The translations under genes were made by a program, and so were the position numbers. The notes beneath the pieces were generated by a model. It was not told the DNA's origin. It did no database searches and was given only the letters and a program-made list of their open reading frames with translations. Shown here in pieces: positions 47,781 through 59,189 of a DNA stretch of 64,000 nt. Location of the stretch: the NCBI GenBank assembly GCA_013265495.1, contig MU060042.1, positions 6,072,258 to 6,136,257 on the forward strand, in the 5' to 3' direction. This DNA is from Vicugna vicugna. Its lineage: Eukaryota. Every line of letters begins with the position of its first letter. The first letter of the stretch is position 1.

Positions 47781-49817
47781 GGTCTTTGGCAGGACGAGCT
47801 GGGGTCTCCCTAATGCTTCCCCAAACCTGCGAGTCCGCGGGGACACTGTGGTGTTCGCACGCCAGGGTGCGTGGTAGGCCCCCCTCCCAGCCTGCCTCTT
47901 TCCGGGAGGTTCCTTTCCGGTTTCTGATTTCTTACTCTTCCAGCCAGGCTCTGGTAGAGGGCTGGAACTTCCTTTGTCACCCTTGTCACCTTGTGAAAAA
48001 GCACACCCAGAGCTTGGTTTGGGCTCCCGTCTGCCTGTGCCTCCCTGTCTCCTCCCCCTCCCGCAGCTGCAGAGACAGCTGGTTTACTGAGGTGTGTGCT
48101 CCAGGCCAAGGTTTGGAGCAAGTGGCTGTTGTAAAGGGGTTCTGACTGTTGGTGAATGTGGCAGTGATTCTGAGGAGGCAGCAGTGTTGGGCTGGTTCAC
48201 CCCTCAGCCCTGCTCAGGGGCAGCTGTGTTGGGGGGCGGGGGCGGGTCAGTCAGGTGAACCCGAGGTCTTCCTGTCTACAAGCGATGTAAGCACAGACTC
48301 CATCTCTGCTAAGAAGTCCGGGGTGGATCCCACAAACCCAGACGGGGTTCACCAGACCCTCACCCCTTCCCAGTCTTGAGGATTGGGTGGTGTATACAGC
48401 CGGCCTCTGAAGGCTTCACTCCAGCTAAGATGCCCAGTCAACGGGTGGATCGCTCTGGATTCTCTTAAGCTGAACTGGGGGAGCATCGTGCCACATCTGG
48501 GGGTTGAACCCTCTTGCCCGGGTCCCTGCTGCTTACCAGCCACACACACACTGGGCCTGATTGCACAGCACTGCCAACAGAGACTAGGGGCTGCACCTTC
48601 ACTGAAGACAGGTTGTGAGAACAACTCTGGTTCCTTCCAAGGCTGGTGCCAAAGTGTTCTGATCCCTTTCCTCTTACAATTTGTGTATTCCACTTCACAA
48701 AAGTTTTTTTATGCCTTGAGATTTCCATAATTTAAGGGAAAAAATTGGGTGTTTTTGTAGGCATGGGAAGAAAAGGAGGGAAGCCAGTGCTTGGCTGGCA
48801 CCGAGGCCTGAACATGCCAGATGCCCAGAAAATATGTGCTGGTTGATTCATTGTTTGAGTTTAATTAAGAGTTTCTACCCAGGGTATGGCTGGGAGCTGC
48901 ATTATCATAATTACAGGTGTATGCGCCGTGATTAATAGGTCATGTGGAACACACAGTTTGGTAGGAAATGATCAAATGTCGGGGTTTGTCCTGGCAAAAA
49001 CAGGTGGGGTCTGTGTCCTGGGAGGCTGGGCAGCCCCTCCTCCTGCCCAGGTACCAGGAGGGCAGGGCGGGTGCAGGGGCATTTGGAGTGGGAGGGGGGC
49101 CTGCACCGCTTCTGCAGCAAGCACGGATGTGGGGGGTGGGAGTGGAGGGAAGCAGGTGGAGCAGGCCAGAACTTGTGGGTGCCAGGGTCAGACCAGCCAG
49201 GAGAGGGGCACTGGGGGACCTGAGAAAGGAGGTCAGTGAGCTCTGCTGGTGAGACAGGTCCGGGGCCCGAGAAGGACAGCCGCGTGTGTCTGAGTATCCG
49301 GGTGCCTTTGTCCTGATGGACAGCTTCATGAGGAAGAGGGACATTTTAGGGCTGATCTACGGCACCCCCCAACACCTAAGAGTTGACTGCTGGTTGGACT
49401 GAAGAGGTTGTCACTGGTAGTGACAGCGGCTCACACCCTGGCCCTCCTCCGGACGGCACCCAGGACGGCCTGGAACCTGCAGCATCACCTCCAGGGATGG
49501 TCGGGGGTGCAGGCTCTCAGCCCCCTGTCCCCAGCCTCAGTGGTGATTACTGTGCCCTTTAGGTTAAAGGGGTCCACTCGGGTGCTGCAGAAGCTGTGTC
49601 CCTTTCACTGTCCAGCAACTCTCCTGAGAGCTCCAGCAGTTCTTGGCCAGAGCAGAGCGAGAGAGAGAGCGAGAGAGAGGGAGAAGTGGGACCCTGCTCG
49701 GAGCCTCGGCCATGACCGAGGGCAGAGGCACATGGGCAAGTATCTTGGCTGCTGATACTTCACATTTTCTGATGCCTCCCCTGTCAGATGAGAAGCTAGG
49801 CTGAACCACGTCTGCTC

Positions 49818-49907
49818 TCTGACTTCCAGAGGAGAAACTTGTGAGAGAGTCAGTAGTACATTCTGACTTCCAGAGGAGAAACTTGTGAAAGAGAGTCAGT
49901 AGTACAT
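49818..49907. repeat. Tandem duplication of 44/46 bp
   Basis: TCTGACTTCCAGAGGAGAAACTTGTGA(AA)GAGAGTCAGTAGTACAT twice; the copies differ only by an AA indel. Confidence 0.95.
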
Positions 49908-52149
49908 TCGCTCACAGTGAAGCACCCAGTATTCTAGTTTGGTTGTGTCTTCAGAAAAAGATGAATTGAAATGTCACATATAAACAGTGTAGAAAATTTC
50001 ATGTTGCTTTTTAAATTAGTGAAGCTAAGACAGGGAACTACCCACAGCCAGGGGCAGACGGTCCCCTCGGCACCGCCCCCCCGCCCTCCCCCCCAGCCCT
50101 GGATGGGCCTCTCTTGATATAGCAGTTGCTCCCAGGGAGCACCTGCCCCCCTGGCCACACCTGCTCTGTCCACACCCTTGGTGCTGCTCGGCCTCCCTCG
50201 GACAAGCAGACCAGCTCCCGCGGTGGCCAGAGCGCTGGGCTGCAGTTCCCAGAATTTAATGACCTTCCCAGATATTTTTAACCTTCTCAGATATTTGAAC
50301 GATGGGGCTTAATTCTTAGATTAGACGTGGGAAGTGCTGGGCACATGACAATCAAGGTCAGAATCATGGGGCCCAGCAGAGCCTCAGGAACGCTCAGGCT
50401 GAGGTGAATGTCGCAGCGGTTTGTACTGAATTCCAGCTTGGAGAGGCACATTTATTTTTGTAAAGGATTAGCCTTTTCCGGTGGGAATGTCTGTGCTGTT
50501 GTGTTCCTGACTCAGTCCTCACTGACCTGTGGCCGCCTGGCCCCAGCAGGGCTTGGGGACGGGTGGGTGGACAGGGGGGTCTGCCTGCAGCTGGTGTGGC
50601 TTCCGGGGGCCTCTGTGCCCCCCGCCCTCCCAGCACCAGTGGACGCCTGCATCCGGGTTCAGTCTGGCAGTTGGGGTGGGGCCTGGGGTTCAGAGTCTCA
50701 GCACAAGTCCTGGTGTCTCATCACTGGGAAGGTGGAAACACGGGTTTGTGGGCTGTGACTGGCATCTTTGCAGCAGGAATAGAACAGAAAGTATTAGCAT
50801 TTCACACATTACGGGTGTAGCTCCGTGTGTTCACGCTACAGGTGTAGTTCTGTGTGTTCTGGGTAGTGGCGTAAAATGGGTTCAATGATGGGAAGGCCCT
50901 GCCCAGACTGTTCCTAGAGTCCAGATCTCTTCTCTGAATTCAGCTTAGCTGAGAAACCAAGTGGCAGGGCTCAGAACAGAGCCCAGGGCACGACGGCACC
51001 CAGGGCGGGCGGCAGGGGTGGGAGGGTCTCGGCCTGTCTGTGCTGCGCTGGCTCAGGCCCCTGCCCCTTGCTAAGTGGGCACTTAGTGGGCTCCCGCATC
51101 CCAGGTCAGTTTGGAGCTCCAGGAGCCTCCGCCGTCCCCTCCGAGCAGAGTCACCATGTGCACCGTCTGAGCTGCCCGGCCACTGGCCCTGTGGACTTCT
51201 GTCATCTTCCTGAACAAACCCCTGTCTGGAAGCAGCCAGGAGGCGGGTTCTCTTCCTGTTCTTTCTTTTTTGGAGGTCGAGGAGGCGTGTAGATTAACAT
51301 GGGAAAAAGTGCACGACAAGTTCTACATCCGTATATTTTATTTAACATCATAGCAATTAGTGCAATGGAGTGAGATGCTTCAGTGAAATAAAATGCATTA
51401 AAAATGAATGCTGGTTATGCATATTAGCTGTTTAGTCGCAGGAAGGGGACAGTCTTCCTTCTCGGCCTCTGTGACATATGACTGTGATGCTGTGATGTTA
51501 TAAGGCCCCTGTCTTACATGTCTCCTTTCTGGAGCATTTAGCTGGTTCACAGTTACTTCAAGAAAATGACAGTTTCTGACTGTGAACAAATTTCCTTGAT
51601 TTTTTTTTCAGCAAAAGAAAAAACAGACATCTTGTAAATAAGGAAAGATGGGAGACGTGTATCGTCAGGCTCTTTACTACCCATCAGACTAGAAACAGAG
51701 GAATTCTAGAGCCAGGAGAGCGCAGAGGTGTGCTGGGCAGCACTCATGATGAACAGGGTGGATTTTGGTCCCCTACCATCGTGACAAGTTGTTTTAAGAA
51801 GAAACCTACGGGAGTCGGGGGGAAGTCTTGTTGAGTAAGAGGCTTCCAAGGGGCTTGTCAACGGCGGGGAGCCCTGGGCTCCAGCAGGCCTGCGGGGCTG
51901 ACAGACCTGAGCCCCAGCCCTGGTCTCCGGCGAGGGGGCCTGGACCCCAGCCAGGCTGTGGTTAGGAGGGAGAGCCACACAGCGGGCCTCCCAGGGCCTG
52001 AGGCCGGGCTAGCAGAATCAGGAGCTGGGCCTTCTGGGCTGACACCCTTTCACATGAAGAGAACGTTTCACACCAAAGGGAACGTGACTTTAAGAAGCCA
52101 GTGCCCACCCCAAGGAACACGCGGAAAGGTAACTTGTTACGTTTCCAGA

Positions 52150-52620
52150 CACAACAAACGCACTTAAAAATACTGGCCACTGCCTTTCCTTTGTTATAAA
52201 AGAAGTACCTTTTTATCATCGAAGACTTGGAAACAGAGTAAAGAGAAGCATAAGCTGGAGAAAAGTCTGTGTGCGCCCCCGTGATTACACCTCCGGGGGC
52301 GCCGGCTCTAACTTTACCAGCACGCTCCCTCCTGGGTCCGAATTTACCTACAGAGCCACACCGCTTCACGCATACGCATGCTCCCACGGAAACATCTGGG
52401 TTGCTGTGCGTCCGCACCTTCACTTGTTATATCAAAAATTTGTGCGTATGGATTTGTCAGACTCTCTGTTTCCTTCTATTGCTGGCCATGTGGGCTATTT
52501 CTAATTTTTCAATATTCTAAATACTGTTATAAATGCATCTTTATGGATAAGTCTTCAGAAAACTTTGCATTTGGTCCAAACGCAGGAGCTCTGAAGGCTT
52601 TTGATTCGGACGTGACGCTG
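52150..52620 (-). mobile_element. L1ME-type 3' region remnant
   Basis: cttctattgctggccatgtgggctatttctaatttttcaatattctaaatactgttataaatgcatc is a typical antisense L1ME segment. Confidence 0.6.
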
Positions 52621-53255
52621 GACGGTTTATCAGGAAAGTCAGGAAAGTCGAGCTGGGGCTCCTGCCGTGCCCTTTCTCTCAGCACATCTTGAATCAATGC
52701 TTTAATCTCTTTTTACGTTTCCAAAGTCAGTGTTTTTCTGTTGGACGGTACCACGTGGTCGTGGTAAACGCGTGTAGGAGAGAGGGTGTGCACTGCCGTC
52801 GGGCGGGGTCCTCCTGGTCATGCGTGTCCTCGTGCCAGGAGACCCCGGTCTCTGAGAACATTGCAGCTTCTGTTGTCCTGTTTGTCTCCCAGGAAGGTTG
52901 AGCTTGTCCTCTGTGTCTCACGATGACCTCGTCTGTCCTGTTTTTGGACAGTGCTCCTCCCTGGGCCACTGTTTGCCTCCACAGTGCTGTCTGGATTTGC
53001 CTCCAGCCCTGCAGCACGGCGCCTGGCCGGGTAAGCCCCGGCTCTGGGTCACCCATCGGGGCCGGGACGGCAGACCCGTGTCGGGGCTCTAGGGCCAGGC
53101 GGGCCTGAGGTCAGCAGACGCTCCCGAGTCTTACAGCGAGCAGGATTCCATGCTCAGCAGCCCAAAATATATCTCACCATCTAGAACCCCGAGTCTAGCT
53201 GACGGGAGGAGGAGGCATATACAGACATGGGTGGACAGCTGCACCTCCACATGAG

Positions 53256-53372
53256 TGCACATGCACACACCCACCCAGACACACCCACGTGTACACACCT
53301 ACACACATGCACCTCCACACACACGTGCGCGCACACACATGCACACCTACTAGACACACCTACACACACACG
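53256..53372. repeat. CA-rich low-complexity repeat
   Basis: Irregular cacacac/catgcac runs. Confidence 0.9.
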
Positions 53373-53599
53373 CATCCGTTTCACTTCATCTTCATATAAT
53401 CAGACGTGAACAGCCAGAGATCCAAAAACAAATGGTTGTGCACTGGTCTCGGGGACACTTCCTCTCTGGGTCCGTTCCCCAACTTACTAACACACACCTG
53501 CCCGACTGCAGGGCCCGGCCCTGGAGTAACGGGGAGAGCTTCCAGTTATGTGGCTGCGTGTCTGCTCTGTTGGTTCGGTGAGTTAGACTGACTGACTTT

Positions 53600-54680
53600 C
53601 GGACGTGGAACCAGACTTGCATACCTGGACTAAATCTCACCTGACCCAGCAACTTTACACATCACTACATGCTAATATTTTGTTTAGGATTTTGTGTCTA
53701 AGCTCATGAAAGTTATTGATCTATAGTTTTCTTTTTCCTCTTTTTTTTTTTGAATATTTGGTAGAATTTTCCAGTGAAACCATCTGGACCTGGAGATTTC
53801 TTTTTTAGGAGTTCTTAAAGAATTAATTCAGTTTTGTAAGTTACTTTGTTGCTATGACGTCATATAGAGACCCTTCCTCTTTTCTAATGTAAGCATTTAG
53901 TGCTATAAATTTTCCTCAGCAGTGCTTTGGCTGCATCCCACATGTTTTGATCTGTTGTGTTTTCAATTCTTTCAGTTCTATGTGTATTAAAATTTCCTTT
54001 GAGTCTTCCTCTATGACGTGATTCTGTGTGTGTTACCTGATTTCCAAGCATTTAGAGATTTTCTTGTTTTCTTGCTCTGCTTCTTGAATCTGTAGGTTTA
54101 TATTTTTTGCCGAATTTGAGAGGTTTTCAGACCTTCTTAATCCAAATACTTTTTCAGCCACATTCCCTTTCTTCTCTCCTCCTGAGACTTGATGATACGA
54201 ATGTTGATATTTTTGTTGTTGTCACATAGCCCCTATGACTCTTTTCATTTTTTTCCAATCTTCATTTCTCTGTTTTGAGTAATCTCAAGTTCACTGATTT
54301 TATCCTCTGCTATCTCCTCTCTATCTTTGACCCCATGCACTAAGTTTTAAATTCAATTACTGTATTTCTCATTTTCATATTTTCATTTGTGTATTCTTTT
54401 AATAACTTATATTTCTTTGCTGAAATTTTTTCTTCTTTTTTTTTTTTTTCGTTTCAGGAAACCCATAGTCATTTGGTGAAGCACTTTTATGAAGGGTCCT
54501 TTGGAGTAGTAGTCAGATAGCACCGACATCTGGTTTGTCTCAGTGTCTGCGGATGGTCGTTTTTCAGTCAGGTTTTGATTTTCCTGGCTCTTGGTAAAGC
54601 GAGTGATTGTTATTGTTATTATTTTGTATGAGGGACATTTTTGGACATTCATTCTTTTGCATGTTGAATCCAGTTGTTTC
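53600..54680 (-). mobile_element. Mosaic L1 fragments (ORF2 part, ORF1 and 5' region)
   Basis: gaatatttggtagaattttccagtgaaaccatctggacctggagatttc (L1 ORF2 antisense) and tcagatagcaccgacatctgg...gattttcctggctcttggt (L1M 5' region). Confidence 0.8.
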
Positions 54681-54859
54681 AGCTCCATTAGTTTAACACA
54701 CTATTCTTTCCCCATCAGATGGTCTTGGCTCCCCTGTTGAAAGTCAGCTCATCTGTGAGTTTCATGTTCTGGGTGTATGAACAATGCTTTCCTCATGATC
54801 CCTGTTCTGAAAAACTAGTCAGTGTTAAGATCTAAGCAACTGCGTGGTTTTGGAAGCAT

Positions 54860-56060
54860 TATTTTATTGCAGTAAACTATACATAACATAAAATTTACCA
54901 TTTTAACCATTTTTAAGTGTACAGTTTAGTGACATTAGATACATTTGAATTGTTGTGCAACCATCGCCATCCTCTGTCTCCAGAACTTTTTCATCTTCCC
55001 CAGTTGAAACTCTGTCCCCGTTAAACACTGACTCCCCACACCGTCCCCCAGCCCCTGGCCCCCACCGTCCTACTTTCTGTCTCTGAATTTCACTCCTCTG
55101 GGACCTCACACAGCATTTTCCTTTTGTGACTGGCTTCTATCACTCCACATGCGTTTCTGGTGTGGTTGCTGAGTTGTGGGAGTTCTCTATGTATCCTGGA
55201 TACTGATCCTCAATCAGATACATGGTTGGAGAATATTTTCTCCCTGTGATCTGATCTGTGTGCTGCCTTTCCACTCCACTGATTGCGTTCTTTGGTGAAC
55301 AGAATTATTTAGTGCTGATGAAATTCAGTTAATCTACTTTTTGTTTTGTTACTTGTGCTTTTGGTGCCATAGCCAAGAAATCATTACCAATTTCAATGTC
55401 ATGAAGCTTCTGTCCTGTTTTCTTCTAAGAGTTTACGGTTTTAGCACTTATATTTAGGTCTTCGATCCATATTAATTGTTTTTACATGGTGTAAGATAAG
55501 GGTACAGCTGTTTTCTGTTGTTTGTTTTTTGGGGTTTTTTTGGTATGTGGATACCCAGTTTTCCCAAGACCATCTGTTGAAAAAGCAGCCTTCCACACTG
55601 AGCGGTCCTGGCATCCGTTTAACCATGTAGCTGAGGGGTGCTTTCCTGGACTCTTGATTCTCTCCCATNNNNNNNNNNNNNNNNNNNNNNNNNNNNNNNN
55701 NNNNNNNNNNNNNNNNNNNNNNNNNNNNNNNNNNNNNNNNNNNNNNNNNNNNNNNNNNNNNNNNNNNNNNNNNNNNNNNNNNNNNNNNNNNNNNNNNNNN
55801 NCCCTGAGTTTCCGGATAAACTTTAGGATGGATTTTTCTATTTCTGCACAAAATGTTGGGATTTTCATCGAGACTGAACCTGCAAGAGGACGTGATTGGT
55901 GTAGACTTCGTAGTAATTCTGTCTTCCCGTCCATGGACGTGGGGACAATTCTAATTCTGTGTGCCTTCATTTGTTTCTTTCAAGCAACCGTTGTGGTTCT
56001 CAGAGATGGGCCTGACTCCCCTTGAGTGGGTGATTCCTACGTGTTTTGATCCCTTTAATG
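54860..56060 (-). mobile_element. 5'-truncated L1MA/L1MB element (3' UTR plus ORF2 end) spanning the N gap
   Basis: Classic 3' UTR aaaatttaccattttaaccatttttaagtgtacagtttagtgacattag...tgtgcaaccatcgcc, followed by ORF2 antisense motifs (ttttcccaagaccatctgttgaaaa). Confidence 0.9.
55669..55801. other. Assembly gap (133 N)
   Basis: Run of N seen directly. Confidence 1.
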
Positions 56061-57559
56061 CTCATCTTCCGTTTACAATGGCCCGGGCCTTGATGCAGCC
56101 CAGCGTGTAAAGCAGGGGCCACACCAGCAGCCCTTTCAGGCACTGCCCCCTTTCCTGCTCCCACACCCTCCCCCTTCCCGGGGTCCTGCTGCCGAGCCTC
56201 CCTCCCACTGCTCTGCCTGGAGGGCCTCTGGGCGCTAACTGTGGGTGGAGCCCCTCTGCCTCTGGTCCAGCTGTGGCCCCGTGAGCCCTGTCCGGTGAAG
56301 GTCAGTGACTGGGATCTCTCCTGCTGCTGGTGCCCCTGCACCCGTGGGACTGACTCCTGGAGGAGAAGAGGCAGCTGACACGGATGTTCCTGGGAAGGGC
56401 TCTCCCTTGGCTGACAGGAGGCCCCTTGACGAGGGGCAGGGGCAGCAGGTCACCCCCTGCCGCAGGGTCCTCATGACTTTGCAGGAGCAGGCTGTCAGGT
56501 TTTACTTATTTTGACCTGTGTTTATCTGTAGCAGCTGTAGATAAAGGAGAAGAGGAAAAAAGACTTCATATTGCTGACAGGAAACAGCATTTCTTCTAAA
56601 AATATTTTTTCCTGAAGCCTGAAGTCACAGCAGCCCCCACACGAATTACTTGGAGGCTGTGTGCAGGCATCTCCTCGGGGCCCTAATTACAAGATGGAGT
56701 GTGCTTTCTGCAGCGACTAAGTGCAGCACCTCGGGGAGACGTGCGATGCTGCCCCAGCTCTGTGTGTTCAAGGCCCAGCCCACCTGCCAGAGCCTCTGGC
56801 CCCAAGACAGAGCAACTTCCCGGAAGAAGCATCTGGAAGCCGCTTTCAGGGTGGGGCGCTCCCACCTCACAGAGGAGGGCCTCTGCAGCCCTGCCTTGCA
56901 GAACAGCCCCAGATGGCTGCGAAGTGGTCCGGCCGGGCTGCTGGAATCACAGATGACTCACAGGCCAGCCCCTCAGACCCGGGGCCCAGCCCGGCGCCTG
57001 GCCGGGGAGTGTGTTGGGTGAGAAAGTCAGGTGCCTGCAAACGCTCAAGCGATGAAAGACGCAAAATGAGAAGAGCAGAGAAGTCACTGCGACGGCCGAG
57101 GAGGGCGTGGGGATGAGATCCCCTTGGTCCTGTGTGACCAGTGAGGGGCCATTCCACGGGCCGCCAGTGCCAGCCATGGGAGCAGCCTGCAGAGGGTGAT
57201 GGGGAGATGACCCCAGCACCCCGCCAGCCGAAGGCTGCAGGGGCAGCTATTCCGCCAGCACCTGGCTCTCCAGGCATCTCCCCAGGGCAGGGCACTCGAC
57301 CTCACTCTCCTGGGAGTCTTCCAGATGGCCGTTCAGGTGCAGCTGGGGCTCCAGTCACAGCACTGGGAGCTGACAGGGAGGGCTCCTCCGAGCAGCCCCC
57401 CGTGCCCTCACTGTCCACACCGGGTGCTGCACTGGGCACTCAGTCTACATGGGCATCTGCTCTGCTTGGGCTGCATCACAGGAGTCTCTGCGTGAGCTGC
57501 ACTTTACAGATGGGCTCAGAGCTCAGCCCCGGCCAGAGCTTGAGGCCAGAGCTAGAGGC

Positions 57560-59030
57560 TGTCCACCACGTAAAACACGCAGCTGGCCATTCACACCACC
57601 TTGACCTGTGCGATTGTGGCATCAACTACACTCACCACGTGTGCAGCCACCACCACTGCTTGCAAAACACTGTCATCACCCCAAACAGAAACCCTGTCCC
57701 CACGAGGCAGTAACTCCCTGCCCCCCTCCCCCAGCCCTGGTACCTTCAGTCTGCTTTCTGCTGACTGGATGCCACATGCAGCACCGGCCCTCTTGTGACC
57801 GGCTTACTTCACGTGGCGCAGCATGTCCATCGGCGGTGCGGCAGGTGTCGGCGGTGCGGCAGGTGTCGGCGGTGCGGCAGGTATCAGTGCTGCTTTTCTT
57901 TCTGTGACTGAAAACATCCCGCAGTGTGGATGGACCACCGCGAGTTCATCACCACCTGAGGGTGGCCCCACCTTCCAGCTCGTGAAGGTGCTGCTGTGAG
58001 CACTGGCTTCCGTGCACTTACTGGAATCCCTGCTTTCAGTTATTCTGGTTTATACGCAGGAGTGGGATGGCCGGGTCCTGTGGTAATTCTGTTTGCTTTT
58101 TTGAGGGACCATCAAACTTTCCCCAGAGGCTGCACGTTTGAGGCGCTGGGCACCCAGCGCCTCCACCCCCGGCAGCCCTTGCCGCGTCTGTCGTCTGCCT
58201 CCTGTGACCTGCGGCCTCAGGGCCCTGGCTGGCGTTTCCCGGGTGACTCGTCATGCGGGGCATCTTCTTGTGGGCATTTTGGCCATTTGTTTGCCTTTGG
58301 TGGAGAGATGTCTGTTCAAGTTCTTTGTTGATTTCTAAACAGGGTTGTTTTCCTTTTTGTTGTTTAGTGGCAGGAGCTTTTTATACATTCTCGATGTTAA
58401 ACCCTTATCAGACCTGTGATTTGCAGATTTTCCTTCTGTCCTGTGGGATGTCTTTTCACTCTGCTGACAGTGTCTCTCAAGGTACAGAAGTCCAATTTTA
58501 ATCAAGTCCAGTTGATCTATTTTTAAATTCCGTTGTGTGTGTTTTTGGTGTCATGTTTAAGCATCGCAGTCCAGGGTTGTGAAGCTTTGACCATGTTTTT
58601 CCCCTAAGTTGTATCGTTTTAGCTCTGAGGCTTAGATCATGGGTCCCTTTTGAGTAGGTGCCGTATGTGGTGTGAGCTGGGGGTCAGGTTCATCCTCGTG
58701 CATGTGGCTGTCCAGCGTTCCCAACGCCATCTGTTGACAAGACTGTCCTTTCCATGTTGAGTGGTCTCAGCACCATACGTGAGTTTGTTTCTGGGCCGTC
58801 AGCTACGTCCTGTGGACCCGTGTGTCTGTCCACGTGCAGGACCACACTGTTAATTCCTGTAGTTTTGTAGTGTGTTTTGAAACTGGGAAGGGTGAGCCCT
58901 CCGTATTTGTTGTTCTTTTATAGGATTGTTTTGGCTATTAAGAGTCTCTGGCATTCCATAAGATTTGGGGATGGCTTTTTTCACTTCTGCAAAGAACATT
59001 GCTAGGATTTGATAGGCCACCCTAGGAGTG
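57560..59030 (-). mobile_element. L1MB-type element (3' UTR plus ORF2 end), GC-drifted
   Basis: ctgtcatcaccccaaacagaaaccctgtcccc...cccagccctgg, and the ORF track shows the L1 ORF2 motif TELPQDPAIPLL on the minus strand (58036..58263). Confidence 0.9.
57830..57883. repeat. 18-bp unit x3 (TCGGCGGTGCGGCAGGTG) inside an L1 3' region
   Basis: Copies at 57830, 57848 and 57866; the last base of the third copy differs. Confidence 0.95.
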
Positions 59031-59189
59031 AGCTGAGCATTCTGGTAGGCTTTGCTTTTGAGGAAGTCCCAGCACAAATACTTGACCTGGGAGAGGGTTG
59101 TGTAAAGGCGTCAGGAAAACTTGTCAAGTTCAACTCAGGAGTTTTTCATTCCAGTGCCTCAGGGCTTAAGCAGGAAAAGTTAGATTTTA

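Noticed and set aside
55441-56025. ORFs containing X runs
   Set aside because: Artefacts of translating through the N gap within an L1.
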